From Eledone cirrhosa (taxonomy: Eukaryota), in NCBI GenBank assembly GCA_964016885.1, contig OZ024757.1, positions 18,972,001 through 19,036,000 of the forward strand: a stretch of 64,000 bases of DNA. The letters run 5' to 3'. Shown piece by piece: positions 12,678 through 26,066 of this stretch. The notes beneath the pieces were generated by a model. It searched no databases. It worked only from the letters and a program-made list of their open reading frames with translations, and had not been told where the DNA came from. The translations under genes were made by a program, and so were the position numbers. Within the stretch, counting starts at the first letter, position 1. Each line of letters opens with the position of its first letter.

Positions 12678-14069
12678 CTATAAAGCTGACGGCCGTATGT
12701 AGGTAACAAACTTTTCACCAAACAGCACCAAATTTGCACCATAGATGTAACTTTTTCCAAGTAAAAAAGTGAGGGTATTTTTGTCTACTGAATTTTGTTA
12801 AAAGATTGTGTTAAATATTCACTTCTTTAAAATTTCAAATGTCAACACTTCCGGTTATACGTCATTCCTCACTTTTTCTTATGACGTCGCTCAACATTCC
12901 CCTCTTTTTCTTAGTCTGTCTTTTTAGATAGATACATAGCTATAACGTAGCACCCTTATAATATGTCTCCGTATGTCTGACTGTCTGCATTAGATACCGT
13001 TTTTAGAAATATTTACTTCTGCGTTCACAGATGGATTTTTTTAGTTTCAAAAGATCCCGTTAAGGGTGAAAGCAGCGATTCTTTGCTTAAACTTTAATCT
13101 GTTATTTTAATATATATATATTCGTGTACAGATATTTTTGCATACACAAAAACAAAAACCCATTTATTTCGTGAAAGCACAGACGGCTTATCGTCATTGT
13201 TACTGTTCGAGGTTAGAGGACCACAGTCTTTCCAAGATCTGAGAACCATCAATGGCCATTAATGTTCCACTTACCGTTTGGCTTGCCAGATGCGTGGTAT
13301 GTTACACGATGACATAAGCAGCAACTGCTAAGCAGCAACTGCTAAAGTTCCTTCTCGGCTGTGAAAACCTTTTGCTATTATGCTGCACAACTGCGATCTC
13401 GCCAACCCTCTCGCACTGTGGAACAACCACCGCGAAAGTCTAGCTGAGGACATCCTCCACCGCACACGCAGACACAATCCAAACGTAACATACGATGTCG
13501 TTTTCAATGAAGCGCTCATTTGTCTTGAAAACAGTGTCCTGGAGATTGGTGGTAGGCCTCTAGGTCACTACAGGTTACCTGCTCCTGACAGGAGTGTCCA
13601 GAGCTCAACGTCTACAGAGTTTCTCTGTGAGACGAGCTACAAAATCAGTGATTCTCCCATGGTCAATTGTATGTAGGATGCTCTAGGGTTAGCTCGCCAA
13701 ATAATCTCTTCATCTTTGCTCCGGAGGGCCGAATAAAAAATATTGTATACTCTGAGGCTCTAACAATGTAATTTAAATATTTTCTGTTAGTTGGAATTTC
13801 CATAATGGTTGTACAAATTATTGTTTGTTAAAAAATGTGTTCTCTGTTCAGCCTTTATTGTTGTAACTATTCATTTTCTTTAACGTACTGGCTGCTGAAC
13901 TGGGGAATCCTAAAAACTATTCAAACCCAACATCAGACCACGTTAACCCCCCCCCCCCTCGCTGACTTGAGAGGGCGTGCGGTATCTTTGCACTGGGGTG
14001 TAGGGGGGATTCCTGAAAAGATAGAATGCCGGTATACCTAGCCGGGCACCAGCTGGACGGGCCAGCTAG
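12678..14069 (+). mobile_element. Degenerate Helitron with Rep/helicase remnants
   Basis: 13190-13640 reads LLLFEVRGPQSFQDLRTING...LFAIMLHNCDLANPLALWNNHRESLAEDIL; 13670-13770 reads YVGCSRV...KNIVYSEAL (PIF1 C-terminus); GC-rich end then CTAG|T at 14066-14070. Confidence 0.75.
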
Positions 14070-14075
14070 TATATA

Positions 14076-15087
14076 TCTATATATATAAAACTGATATTGT
14101 CTGTGTGTGTGTGCCCTCATTTTTGCAAAGTCTATACAGATCCACATTTCTACTCCGATTGACTTCAAACTTGCATTTATATATTCCTTGCGGTCTAAAG
14201 ATATTAACTGCAGCTTTTATTTTTCAATTTTCTTTTGTTAAAGGGGTGTTAGGCACCGGTTATACATCTCCATCGCGCTCTTATAATATCTGTTTGTATG
14301 CCTAGCTGTCTGCATTACGACATTCTGAGGAACATTGATGACGTATTATGTTCGCTATTATCCATTCATTGCCAGGGAACATCTTCACGAACCAAAGTAT
14401 CGTCTTCCTGTTTTCCTTCGGTTGCAACGTTTTTCGAAATATTTACTTCTGGGTTCACAGATTGATGTTTTTAGTTTCAGAAGAGCCCGTTAAGGGTGAA
14501 AGCAACGATTCTTTGCTTCAACTTTAATCTGTTATTTTAATCTATATATGTATATATTTAAAACTGAGGAAGGATGTATGTATGTGTGTATATGTGTGTG
14601 TGTGAAACCCGAGAAGTACCCAACCAATCTTTTTCAAACTTTACATGTGTATTACTTATATTTCAGAGAGTGTTTTTAGGTTTTCCTTGAATTTGTAACT
14701 ATGTATTAGTCAGTCTCTTCTTCATACCGTGAGCAAAGAAAATCCAAATTTTTTATGGCCTAGGGCCCGCATTAGGTGAAAAGCTTCATTTTTTTCAGTT
14801 TTTCAGGGCTTTTTTGAGGCGTTACGTCTAGCCAATTTTCCCGAAATTTCAAGGCATATTATGCACATAAAAAAAATTCATTTTCTTGATCCCCTAGGGT
14901 CTGCATTAGGTGAAAACCTGCCTTTTTCCTGCTTCATCGAGGAAACTCTTAGATTATCCAGCAATTAGAGTATTCTGTTTATTTTCTTTACATATTGTCC
15001 AGGCATGCAGTTTTTCCATGATTAGGTCTGTTGGCGCCCCGCGTTCCAAAATACCTTATCCCGTGCAACGCCAGGTACCACTGCTAG
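14076..15087 (+). mobile_element. Non-autonomous Helitron(s) in tandem
   Basis: TCTATATATATAAAAC start; 14425-14545 repeats 12995-13110; ends CCCGTGCAACGCCAGG...CTGCTAG|T. Confidence 0.6.
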
Positions 15088-15577
15088 TATATATATATGT
15101 GTGTGTGTGTATGTATTTGTACGTAAATACTAACATGCATAGATACAAATACACACATGTATATGTATACATGTGTATTATGTGTATGTGGTGGGGGGGG
15201 GGGGGTGTATGGTAATAAGTTTCATATTAAATAGGTGATGTATTTACTACTGAAAAAAAAAAATTCCCCTCCATCCATCCACCTCCTCCCACACCTCCAC
15301 ACCGCCTACATCATCCCTCCCAACCCTCCACCACCCCCACTCTATCCACCCCACCGCCACCCCAACTCCCACATGAAGAAATTCCTAATGAGAGGAAGTA
15401 ATAGACAAGTTACCTAGGTAAATTAATTAGAGGTGGGGCTTTGGTGTGGGGGTGGGGGGCAGGTTGGGCCTTAGGTGTGTGTGTGGCGGGGGGGATATAT
15501 TTATAGTAGAGAGGTAGCGATAGAGGTACATATAAGGGCTATAGGAGCTGTGAGCTATGGTTGAATGACTAACGAGG

Positions 15578-15900
15578 TTATTGGCAGTAATCGGTAGAGC
15601 GTCGGACAACATGCCTAATGGCACAGAGTTACGGCCCTTTACGTTATGAGATAAATGGCATATAGTTACGGCCCTTTACGTTATGCGATAAATGTCAGAG
15701 TTACGGCCCTTTACGTTATGGGATAAATGGCATAGAGTTACGGCCCTTTAAGATCCGAGATAAAATCCTGCCGGGGTTAGCTTTGCCTTTCATCCTTACA
15801 GGGTCCATAAAATAAAGTACCAGTAATGCACTGGGGTCGATTTAATCGACTTTCCCCTCCCCCGAAATTGTCGGTCTTGTGCCTGAATCTGAAACAAATA
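15578..15900 (+). mobile_element. SINE family B with an internal ~34-bp segment repeated 4 times
   Basis: tRNA-like head, (AGAGTTACGGCCCTTTACGTTATGAGATAAATGGC) x4, Nin-like body. Confidence 0.7.
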
Positions 15901-15919
15901 TATAATTATGCATGCTTTG

Positions 15920-17030
15920 GTAAAAAAGCTCCCAGCCCACACTGTAAAGTGGACATGTAGGTGTCACGACAAAAAGCACCCAGCCCACACTGTAAAGGTC
16001 ATGAAGGTGTCACTACGACAAAAAGCACCCAGTACACACTGTAAAGTGGTCGTGTAGGTGCCACTACAAAAAAAAACAACCAGTCCACATTGTCAAGTGG
16101 TCGTGTAGGCACCACAGTAAAAAAGCCCCCAGTCCACACTGTAAAGTGGTCATGTAGGTGTCACAACAAAAAGCCCCCAGTCCACACTGTAAAGTGGTCA
16201 TGTAGGTGTCACGACAAAAAGCCCCCAGTCCACACTGTAAAGTGGTCATGTAGGCACCACAGTAAAAAAAAACCCAGTCCACACTGTAAAGTGGACATGT
16301 AGGTGTCACGACAAAAAGCACCCAGCCCACTCTGTAAAGGTCATGAAGGTGTCACTACAAAAAAAAACAACCAGTCCACATTGTCAAGTGGTTGTGTAGG
16401 TGTCACGACAAAAAAGCACCCAGCCCACTCTGTAAAGTGGTCATGTAGGTGTCACAACAAAAAGCACCCAGCCCACTCTGTAAAGTGGTCATGTAGGTGT
16501 CCCGACAAAAAGCACCGTCCACACTGTAAAGTGGTCATGTAGGTGTCCCGACAAAAAGCACCCAGCCCACTCTGTAAAGTGGTCATGTAGGTGTCTCGAC
16601 AAAAAGCACCCAGCCCACTCTGTAAAGTGGTCATGTAGGTGTCATAACAAAAAGCACACAGTCCACACTGTAAAGTGGTCATGTAGGTGTCACGACAAAA
16701 AGTGCACGTCCACACTGTAAAGTGGTCATGTAGGTGTCACGACAAAAAGCACCCAGTCCACACTGTAAAGTGGTCGTGTAGGCGCCACTATAAATAGCAC
16801 CCAGTACTCAATGTGAAGTGGCCATGTAGGTGCCTCAGTAAAAAGGACCCAACACTCACTGTAAATGAAGTTGGTGATAGGAAGGGCATCCAGCTGTAGA
16901 AATCAAGCCGAAATCAGTTCCTGTATCAGCAAGACACGGTCACCTGACCTGGCATTGCCCACAACAGGACAACATGTCTCGCCCATGCTAGCGTGGAAGA
17001 ATGGACCTAAAAAGCTGATGATGATGATGA
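15920..17030 (+). repeat. ~49-bp minisatellite (~19 diverged units) inside an RTE 3' UTR, ending in (GAT)n
   Basis: Units AAAAAGCACCCAGCCCACACTGTAAAGTGGTCATGTAGGTGTCACGAC. Confidence 0.85.
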
Positions 17031-17063
17031 TATGTGTGAGTGTGTGTGTGAGTGTGTATGTAC

Positions 17064-17157
17064 CAAAACGGGGGAATATTTGAGTTGGCAAGCTCTGCTA
17101 TCAAAATTCCAATTGTAATTAGATAACTGGAATCTAATGAAGTCTTCCTGGTTGCAC
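17064..17157 (-). CDS. Candidate internal exon, unknown protein (CNQEDFIRFQLSNYNWNFDSRACQLKYSPVL)
   Basis: Unique island between microsatellites; pyrimidine tract TTTTTTCTATTCATTTCTTTCAAG acceptor, open frame, weak GTACAT donor. Confidence 0.3.
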
Positions 17158-17594
17158 CTTGAAAGAAATGAATAGAAAAAATAGTTGATTATATTCTTTC
17201 TAACGCCAGAGAACTGTGTGTGTATGTGTGTGTGCTTGTATATATGTGTGTGTGCTTGTATATATGTGTGTGCTTGAATATATGTGTGTGTATGTGGGCT
17301 TGTATATATGTGTGTGTATGTGGGCTTGTATATATGAGTGTGTATGTGGGCTTGTATATATATATATGTGTGTGTGTGTGTATGTGAGTGTGTGCATATG
17401 TATGTATGTGTGTGTGTATTTGTGTGCGTATGTATATTTATGTGTGTATGTGTATGTATGTGTGTGTATATATATATATATTTATATATGTTTGTGTGTG
17501 TATGTATATTTATGTGTGTATGTGTATATATGTATATATATATGTGTGTGTGTGTGTATGTATGTATATTTATGTGTGTATATGTATGTATGTA

Positions 17595-17633
<39 letters not shown>

Positions 17634-18291
17634 GTTTATGATTGTATGTATATTTGTGTGTATGTGTATGTATGTACTTATGTGTATATATATATATATA
17701 TATATGTATGTTTGTATATGTGCATGCATGTGTTTCCTATCTGTGCAACTGCAGATGTGTTGGTGCAGTGGTGTACTGACAGTTGGTGCAACCGTATAAG
17801 TACTGTTCTACAACTTGCCAAAAATATAGCACCATGCCACCCCCTTCTTCTTCTTTGCCTTCTTCTTTTCTTCTTCTTCTTATTTTTCTCTGCCTTCTTT
17901 TTTTCTTATTTTTCTTTGCCTTCTTTTTCTTTTTCTTCTTTGCCTTCTTTTTCTTTTTCTTCTTTGCCTTCTTCTTCTTCCCCTTCTTCTTCTTCTTCTT
18001 CTTCTTCACCTTCTTCTTCTTCGCCTTCTTTTTCTTCTTCTTCGCCTTTTTTATTATCTATCTATCTATGTGTGTGTATGTATATATATAGATGTGTGTG
18101 TGTGTATATGTATATATATATACATATATATATATGTATTCATTGTATTGTGTTGTTTGAGTTTGAATTATTTTCCCACATCTTACGTTAACTATTTTTC
18201 CATTTTGACGCTATAGTCACTTATATATTATGGAATACTGTTGGCTTCTTGCTACAAAAATTTCTATACTTTTCATTTATATATATATATA

Positions 18292-18623
18292 TCATCATCA
18301 TTTCATTTTACGTCCGCTTTTTCCCTGCTTGCAAGGGTGGGACGGGAACTGATGCTGGTTTGATTTCTACAGCTGGATGCCCTTCCTAACACCAACCTCA
18401 TTTACAGTGAGTGCTGGGTGCTTTTTTGCCGTGGCACCTCCACGACAACTTTGCAGTGGAATGATAGGGACCATAGTCCCTATCATCTCATTTCTACAGC
18501 TGAGTAAACTGGAGCAATGTGAAATAAAGTGTCTTGCTCAAGGACACAACACATCACCCGGTCTGAGAATTGAACTCACAACCTTTCGATTGCAAGGCTC
18601 TAACCACTGAGCCATGTGCCTCC
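18292..18623 (-). mobile_element. tRNA-derived SINE family A (Meta/CORE-like middle, RTE-derived tail)
   Basis: Reverse complement: GGAGGCACATGGCTCAGTGGTTAGAGC (A box), GAGTTCAATTC (B box), GTGTCCTTGAGCAAGACACTTT, RTE 3' tail and (GAT)n. Confidence 0.8.
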
Positions 18624-18721
18624 ATATATATATATATGTATATATGTATATATATCCCTCTTATATATATATATGTATATATATATATACCTCTATATAT
18701 ATATATATTTAAATGATGATG

Positions 18722-18756
<35 letters not shown>

Positions 18757-19194
18757 TCATGATCATTTAAAAACTGTTTTTCCAGAAAGAAATGCCTACG
18801 AGACAAACTTAGGCAAGCGTAGAAAAATGTACAGATGGTGGTTGTGACGGCTCTAGTGGTGGTGTGGTGGTTGTGGTGGTGTTTGGGGTGGGAGTAATGG
18901 TGGTGTTGGTGGTAGTGGCAGCTGTGGTGTTGGCTATCGTGGTGGTAGTGGTGGTGGTAGTGGTCCCTGGTGTGGTGGTGGTGGGGATGGTGTTGGTATT
19001 GGTGGCTGTGGTGGTAGTGGTGCTATTTAAATTTTCTTCATTTTTTTTTTTGTGTCTTTAACAGCTGCCCCTCCACCCCACCCCTCCTCACTGTCCCAAC
19101 TTTCACTAATCAATACAATCTCCATGACAACTGTAATATAGATACTTCTAAGTAATATTGATTTTATTTTGTTTTTTTTTGTAATATAGTCACA

Positions 19195-19570
19195 ATTGTG
19201 TCTACTTTTTGGCACAAGGCCAGCAATTACCCCAGTGCATTACTGGTACTTTATTATATCGACCCTCCGTAAGGATGGAAGGCAAAGTTAACCTCGGCGG
19301 GATTTGAACCCAGACTGTAAAGGGCCACAACTCTATGCTGCACAGCATGTTCTCTTACACTCTACTGATTCTGCCTAATAATAGGTTCTATTTTTGGCAC
19401 AAGGCCAGCAATTACCCCAGCGCATTACTGGTACTTTATTTTATCGAACCCCGTCAGGATAAAAGGCAAAGTTGACCTCGGCAGGATTTGAACTCAGAAT
19501 GTAAAGGGCCGTAACTCTATGCTGCAAAGCATGGCGTCTGATGCTCTACCAATTCTGCCTATCCACTGCC
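19195..19570 (-). mobile_element. Two tandem SINE family B copies
   Basis: Same body as 7588-7780, present twice. Confidence 0.75.
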
Positions 19571-19726
19571 TTTGTAATATAGGCACATAATCACCACATA
19601 TTGTCTCATAGCAAACCTCATCCCCAATGTATAGCTGGTACTTTATTTTATGGACCATCCTTGAACTGTGGTATGGTACTATCACAGTATTGGTAACTTC
19701 TAAAACAAACAAAAAATGATGAAGCT

Positions 19727-20134
19727 GTTGCTATGGCAACTCCCCAAGAAAAGTTACTATAGCAACTGTTCCAGGAAAAGTTGCTATGGCAACTGCGCCA
19801 GTAAAAGTTGCTATGGGAACTGCCTCAGGAAAAGTTGCTGTGGCAACTGTTCCAGGAAAATTGCTATAGCAACTGCTCCAAGAAAATTGCTATGGCAACT
19901 GCCCTAGGAAAAGTTGCTATGGCAACTGCCTCAGGAAAAGTTGCTGTGGCAACTGTTCCAGGAAAAGTTGCTGTGGCAACTGCTCCTGGAAAAGTTGCTG
20001 TGACAGCTGCTCCTGGAAAAGTTGCTATAACAACTGCCCCAAGAAAAGTTGCTATGGCAACTGCCTCAGGAAAAGTTGTTGTGGCAACTCCCCAAGAAAG
20101 ATTGCTATGGGAACTGCCCCAGGAAAAGTTGCTA
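19727..20134. repeat. 27-bp minisatellite (~15 units) with palindromic GTTGCTATGGCAAC core
   Basis: Unit AGGAAAAGTTGCTATGGCAACTGCCTC; a degenerate ~62-bp extension continues to ~20380. Confidence 0.9.
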
Positions 20135-20746
20135 CCTCACTAATGACACTACAGTTGCTATCGTAACTTCCAAAGAAAGGCTGTTGCTAAATCAGCAGTG
20201 CTGCTGTAGCAACGGTTGCTATGACAATCTACCAATGAATGACTGTTGCTAACTCAGCAATATTACTATAGTAACAGTTGCTATGACAACATCCCCAATG
20301 AAAGCCTGTTGCTAGCTCAGCAGTGTTACTTATAGCAACAGTTGCTATGAAAACCTACCAAGGAATGACTGTTGCTAACTCAGCAATTATATTTTAGCTA
20401 CAGATTAAAATTTCTGACAGTTGACTTAATGTCTGTCTGTCTGCCTGTCTGTATGTGTGCCTGCCTGTCTGCCTGCCTGTCTGTCTGTCCGTCCGTCCTT
20501 CTGTCTCCTTTCGGTCGATTTGTTTTAAGAAAGTTTTTTTGTATTTTAATGTGAGATAATCAAGAAAGCTGATATTTCAAACAATGAAACAACAACAATA
20601 ACAAAATCAATATTTTGGAGATGAAAGAGAATTTGATCTCAGATATGATGGAGGACAACACAACAACTTGGGCACAGCTAAAATGGTGACCCACATTTAG
20701 CTGGGTTCTCTTGTCTAGATTCTTCCTTATTAAAGCCACGTTTTGT

Positions 20747-20781
<35 letters not shown>

Positions 20782-20786
20782 TCATT

Positions 20787-21485
20787 ACTCTTGGCTTGGT
20801 CGCCACTTGCCAGACACACTTTTCCCCAGCTCGTCACCTTGACGGAGCTGCAGTCCTGGATCAGGAAAAGACCGAGGGATAGCGCTTCGAAGCTGGAATG
20901 TCTCCAAGCGCTCACCGCCTTCTACCAGCTGAGGCACTGATATTGGTGGAACATCCACCTCGGCATTATATAGAGGGCTAGTCGAGGGGAAGAGCGACGA
21001 TTTTCTCGACGAGACCCTGGGCATCGAAGACGATCAGCTGTTCGCTCTCTTCAAGAGAACTTTTCAGACCGGGGCCTATGGACAACTTCCAGAAAACCCT
21101 GGCCCGGCAGTTCTACCGGGGAGCATTGCCGGTTCGGATTAAGCTCTACAGGCACGGAGGTGCTGTCAGCCGAGCCTGTCCAAGATGCGCGCAGGGCGAC
21201 GAAACTGTCCTGCATGCCCGAGGATTGCTGACTTGTGGAGCTATGTCAAACACTTGCTGTCACGTGTAGGACGGATCCGGTTATTGACTGGGTCAATTGT
21301 GCAGATAGACCCGCCATCCTTCTTTAAAGAGGAGGAAGGGCAGGCAATTTTTTAATTTGTTTTTACCCATTTCTGTCTTATAACCTTTTTATACGGCCAA
21401 AACCCACTTTGTATCATCCTGTACCTTTCTGTGCAATCTGTAACGTTTTTCTTCATGTTAGCCCTTGTGGCCAATAAAGAAACCA
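20787..21485 (+). mobile_element. Tx1/L1-like LINE ORF2 C-terminal fragment (disrupted) with 3' UTR
   Basis: ALPVR...CPRCAQGDETVLH zinc-knuckle region typical of L1/Tx1; stop and frameshifts; AATAAA at ~21473. Confidence 0.65.
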
Positions 21486-21489
21486 TTTA

Positions 21490-21866
21490 TCGGTAGAGGG
21501 TCGGATGCTATGCTTTGCAGCTAAAAAAGAGTTACGTCCCTTTACGATCTGAGTTCAAATCCTGCCGAGGTTAACTTTGCCTTTCATCCTTACGGGGTCG
21601 ATAAAATAAAGTACCATTAATACACTGGGATAATTGTTGGCCTTGTGCCAAAAGTAGAAACAATTATTATTATTATTATTGGTAGTGGATTACAGTATCG
21701 GTAGAGGGTCCAACGCCATGCTGTGACGCATAGAGTTACGGCCCTTTCCATTCTGAGTTCAAATCCCGCCGAGGTTAACTTTGCCTTTCATCCTTACGGG
21801 GTCGATAAAATAAAGTACCAGTCATACACTGGGATAATTGCTGGCCTTGTGCCTAAAGTAGAAACA

Positions 21867-21880
<14 letters not shown>
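21490..21880 (+). mobile_element. Two tandem SINE family B copies with (ATT)n tails
   Basis: B box GAGTTCAAATCC and Nin-like body twice. Confidence 0.8.
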
Positions 21881-21898
<18 letters not shown>

Positions 21899-22749
21899 AG
21901 CTGCATTTATCTTGCTTTATGTTCATACGAGTTATCACCAGGTCACAACCAGTGACCTCAACAGACAACAAGGTCCGCCATGTTCAAGAAAGAACATACA
22001 TACACACACATACACACAGATGCATCTTCAGGTGTTTAGACTTGTGATGTACTTATATTGACAGAATCTTCCTTAGTATATAAAGTACCAGTAATGCACT
22101 GGGGGGGGAGGGGAGGGGGAGGGGTAATTGCTGGCCTTGTGCCTCAAGTAGAAACAGTTATTATAGAACACACCTATTGGTATAGTGTTTGGAATTGCAG
22201 TGATAGTTTATTGATTAAAGGTATATAACACTACTACCAACTGGTGCATTGGTGTGGGGGGTGGGGGGTGAAGGTGGGAGGAGGGAGGGGGAGATTGGGA
22301 AGGGGGGAGGTAGAAAAGAGTGAGAGGAGGGCTGGCTTGGAAGATATCTATCTCACTGGACTTTCTATACCTTGTGAAAATAACACACACACATACACAC
22401 ATACACACACATATATCATATCACATCACATACACAGACATACACATATGCATATATCATATCACACCACATTACACATACATACCGTATCACATCACAT
22501 TACACAGTTACATTACACATACACACATACACTACGCATTATATCATATTAAATCTCATCACAATTACAGTATACACACACACACACACACATACATACA
22601 TACATACACGCACACGCACACACACATACATACATACACGCACACACACACATACACACACCTAACAACCACACAAGTGCATTCCATCTACACAACACCA
22701 TACCCCTACACACACACACTTATGTACAAGACCACTGCAAACACCAACA

Positions 22750-23850
22750 TTGCTACCACCACCACCACCACCACCACCAACATCACAACAACAAGACCAC
22801 CACCGCCACCACCACAGCACCACTACCATCAACACCACTATTACCACCACCACTACCACCTCCACCTCCAACACCACCTACCACTACTACCATCACCACC
22901 ACTATTACCATCAACACTACCACCATCACAACAACAACGCCACCACCACCACCAACGCCACCACCATCACAACAACAACAAGACCACCACCACCACCAAC
23001 ATCAACACCACTATTATCACTACCACCACCACCACTACCATCACCACCACTATTACCATCAACACTACCACCACCAACGCCACCACCACCACTATCACAA
23101 CAACAGCAAGACCACCACCATCAACACCACTATTATCACTACCACCACTACCACCTCCACCTCCACCTCCAACACCACCTACCACCACTACCACCTCCAC
23201 CTCCAACACCACCTACCACCACTACCACCACCAACGCCACCACCACCACCATCACAACAACAAGACCACCACCAGCAACATCAACACCACTATTATCACT
23301 ACCACCACCACCACTACCACCTCCACCACCACCTACCACCACTACCATCACCACCACTATTACCATCAACACTACCACCACCAACGCCACCACCACCACT
23401 ATCACAACAACAGCAAGACCACCACCATCAACACCACTATTATCACTACCACCACTACCACCTCCACCTCCACCTCCAACACCACCTACCACCACTACCA
23501 CCTCCACCTCCAACACCACCTACCACCACTACCACCACCAACGCCACCACCATCACAACAACAAGACCACCACCAGCAACATCAACACCACTATTATCAC
23601 TACCACCACCACCACTACCACCTCCACCTCCACCTACCACCACTACCATCACCACCACTATTACCATCAACACTACCACCACCAACGCCACCACCACCAC
23701 TATTATCACCACCACTACCACCTCCACCTCCAACACCACCTACCACCACTACCATCACTACCACCACCAACGCCACCACCATCACAACAACAAGACCACC
23801 CCCACCAACATCAACACCACTATTATCACTACCACCACCACCACCACACT
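22750..23850. repeat. (CAC/CAT/CAA) compound repeat with ~300-bp higher-order duplication
   Basis: Repeated translated blocks in ORFs 22967/23148/23455. Confidence 0.85.
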
Positions 23851-24183
23851 GTCATCCCTCAAAAGGTTAATATGTTCGACCATCCACAATGTATATAGTG
23901 ACTATAATGGGACAGGGGGAGAGGGAGGGATAGTGAGAGAAACAGGGAGAGAAGTAGAGAGAGTGACCGAGGTAGGGAGAGAGAGAGACAGTGGGAGGAG
24001 GAAGAGAGAGAGAGAGAGAGAGATTCAGAGAAAGACAAGCTGGAGGTGTTTGTTTATTAAAACTTCACAAGTTGGCCTCTTGACTTTTTACGCAACTACT
24101 ACTACCACCACTACTACTACTACTACTACATTGATAACAATTACCACTACAACTACTATAACACCATGACTTTCACCAGCACC

Positions 24184-24284
<101 letters not shown>

Positions 24285-24294
24285 AAATATATAA

Positions 24295-24485
24295 TAATTG
24301 TTTCTACTTTGGGAACAAGGCCAGCAAATACCCCAGTACATTACTGGTACTATATTTTATCAACTCTGTCAGTATGAAAGGCAAAGCTAACCTCGGCGGG
24401 ATTTGAACTCAGACCGTAAAGGGCCATAACTCTATGTTGCAAAACATGGCATCCGACCCTCCACCGATACTGCCAAACCACCACT
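24295..24485 (-). mobile_element. SINE family B
   Basis: Same consensus as 7588-7780. Confidence 0.75.
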
Positions 24486-24557
24486 GGATGAGGTGTCAAA
24501 TTTTTCACTAAATTTATTCAGGTGTCGCTCATTTTGCGATTGATCAGCTCAAGTCCT

Positions 24558-24594
<37 letters not shown>

Positions 24595-25125
24595 AATTGG
24601 GGAGAAAAATACTGCTGGTAGCACATGGATAACATGTAATAAAATAAGTCCCTCATCAGTGATTTGCCGACGATCATAGATATTTCATTGCATTAAAAAT
24701 CATATACCTCACGTCGGTGCAATAATAACTAAATTAAGTTATTAGGACAATTAAAACGCGTAAAGCGAGTGAGACAAGATAACAACAAAGAGGAGAGCTA
24801 ACCGTAGAAGGAAGGAAACAAGCTTCATAGTTATTCTGTTAGCATAAGCTAGGTGAATATATGAGCGCTTAGAAAAAAGACCTTTCGTGAACGAATCCAA
24901 TATGAGAAAGAGAGAAATATATATATATCTTATACTTGGGGAGGGTCATATTTGTGTAATAATATTGCCAGAATTAATAACACAACACACTCACTGTTTG
25001 GTTGGTTTTCGCTTCTGTGTCTTTTATATCAGTTAATTTAATTTATTCAGTCCTCAATGTTGCCATTGACTGACCAACAGTCAAAAATACAGATATAATA
25101 TAGACACAAACACATATATATAGTC

Positions 25126-25169
25126 TAACAAAGTTCTTTCGTTGCACATCTGCAACATCGTCAGTGGTA
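25126..25169 (-). ncRNA. Type I hammerhead-like motif (CUGACGA core)
   Basis: Reverse complement: UACCA-CUGACGA-u-GUUGCA gaug UGCAAC-GAAAGAACUU^UGUUA; stem I pairs 4 of 5. Confidence 0.5.
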
Positions 25170-25424
25170 CTATTATGTTTCCTCCCATTGTATTGTATGC
25201 CTACCTATATATATCGCCATAGTCATTTAAATAAACGGTTGTTTTTCAATTATTTACATATTCATTTGCATATTCACACATAAGTTTAAAAATCCCTAAT
25301 ATATTTCCACTATTCAGTGAATTTCCAACCGATAAAAGCGCACCAATGTTGACTTGGTTGCCCTTGAAATATATATAATAGAATAAATATGGTTTTATAA
25401 ATATAGTTTCCATTTATTTAATAT

Positions 25425-25477
<53 letters not shown>

Positions 25478-25587
25478 ACATATATATATATATCTATATA
25501 TATGTGTGTGTGTGTGTATATATATATATATTGGACCCCGTCCAAACCCATGCAAGCGTGGAACACGGACGTTAAACGTTGATGATG

Positions 25588-25624
<37 letters not shown>

Positions 25625-25667
25625 CGTACACAAGTTGAGACTACTTGGTGCTGCTGTTGGCATTTTA

Positions 25668-25712
<45 letters not shown>

Positions 25713-25734
25713 AAATATATCTATATGCATATAT

Positions 25735-26066
25735 ATCATCATTTAATTTTACGTCCGCTTGTCCCTGCTTGCAAGGGTGGGACGGGAACTTATTCTGGCT
25801 TGATTTCTACAGCTGGATGCCCTTCCTAACACCAACCTCATTTACAGTGAGTGCTGGGTGCTTTTTTGCCGTGGCACCTCCACGACCACTTTGCAGTGGA
25901 ATGATAGGGACCGCAGTCCCTATCATCTCATTTCTACAGCTGAGTAAACTGGAGCAATGTGAAATAAAGTGTCTTGCTCAAGGAAACAACACATCACTCG
26001 GTCTGAGAATTGAACTCACAACCTTTCGATTGCAAGGCCAATGCTCTAACCACTAAGCCATGTGCC
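25735..26066 (-). mobile_element. SINE family A
   Basis: Near-identical to 18292-18623. Confidence 0.85.

Noticed and set aside
24648-24690. Possible type II (permuted) hammerhead on the minus strand, GAAA-UAUC-UA-UGAU..AUCA-CUGAUGA
   Set aside because: No stem II pairing, and the related copy at ~46588-46640 lacks the UH site
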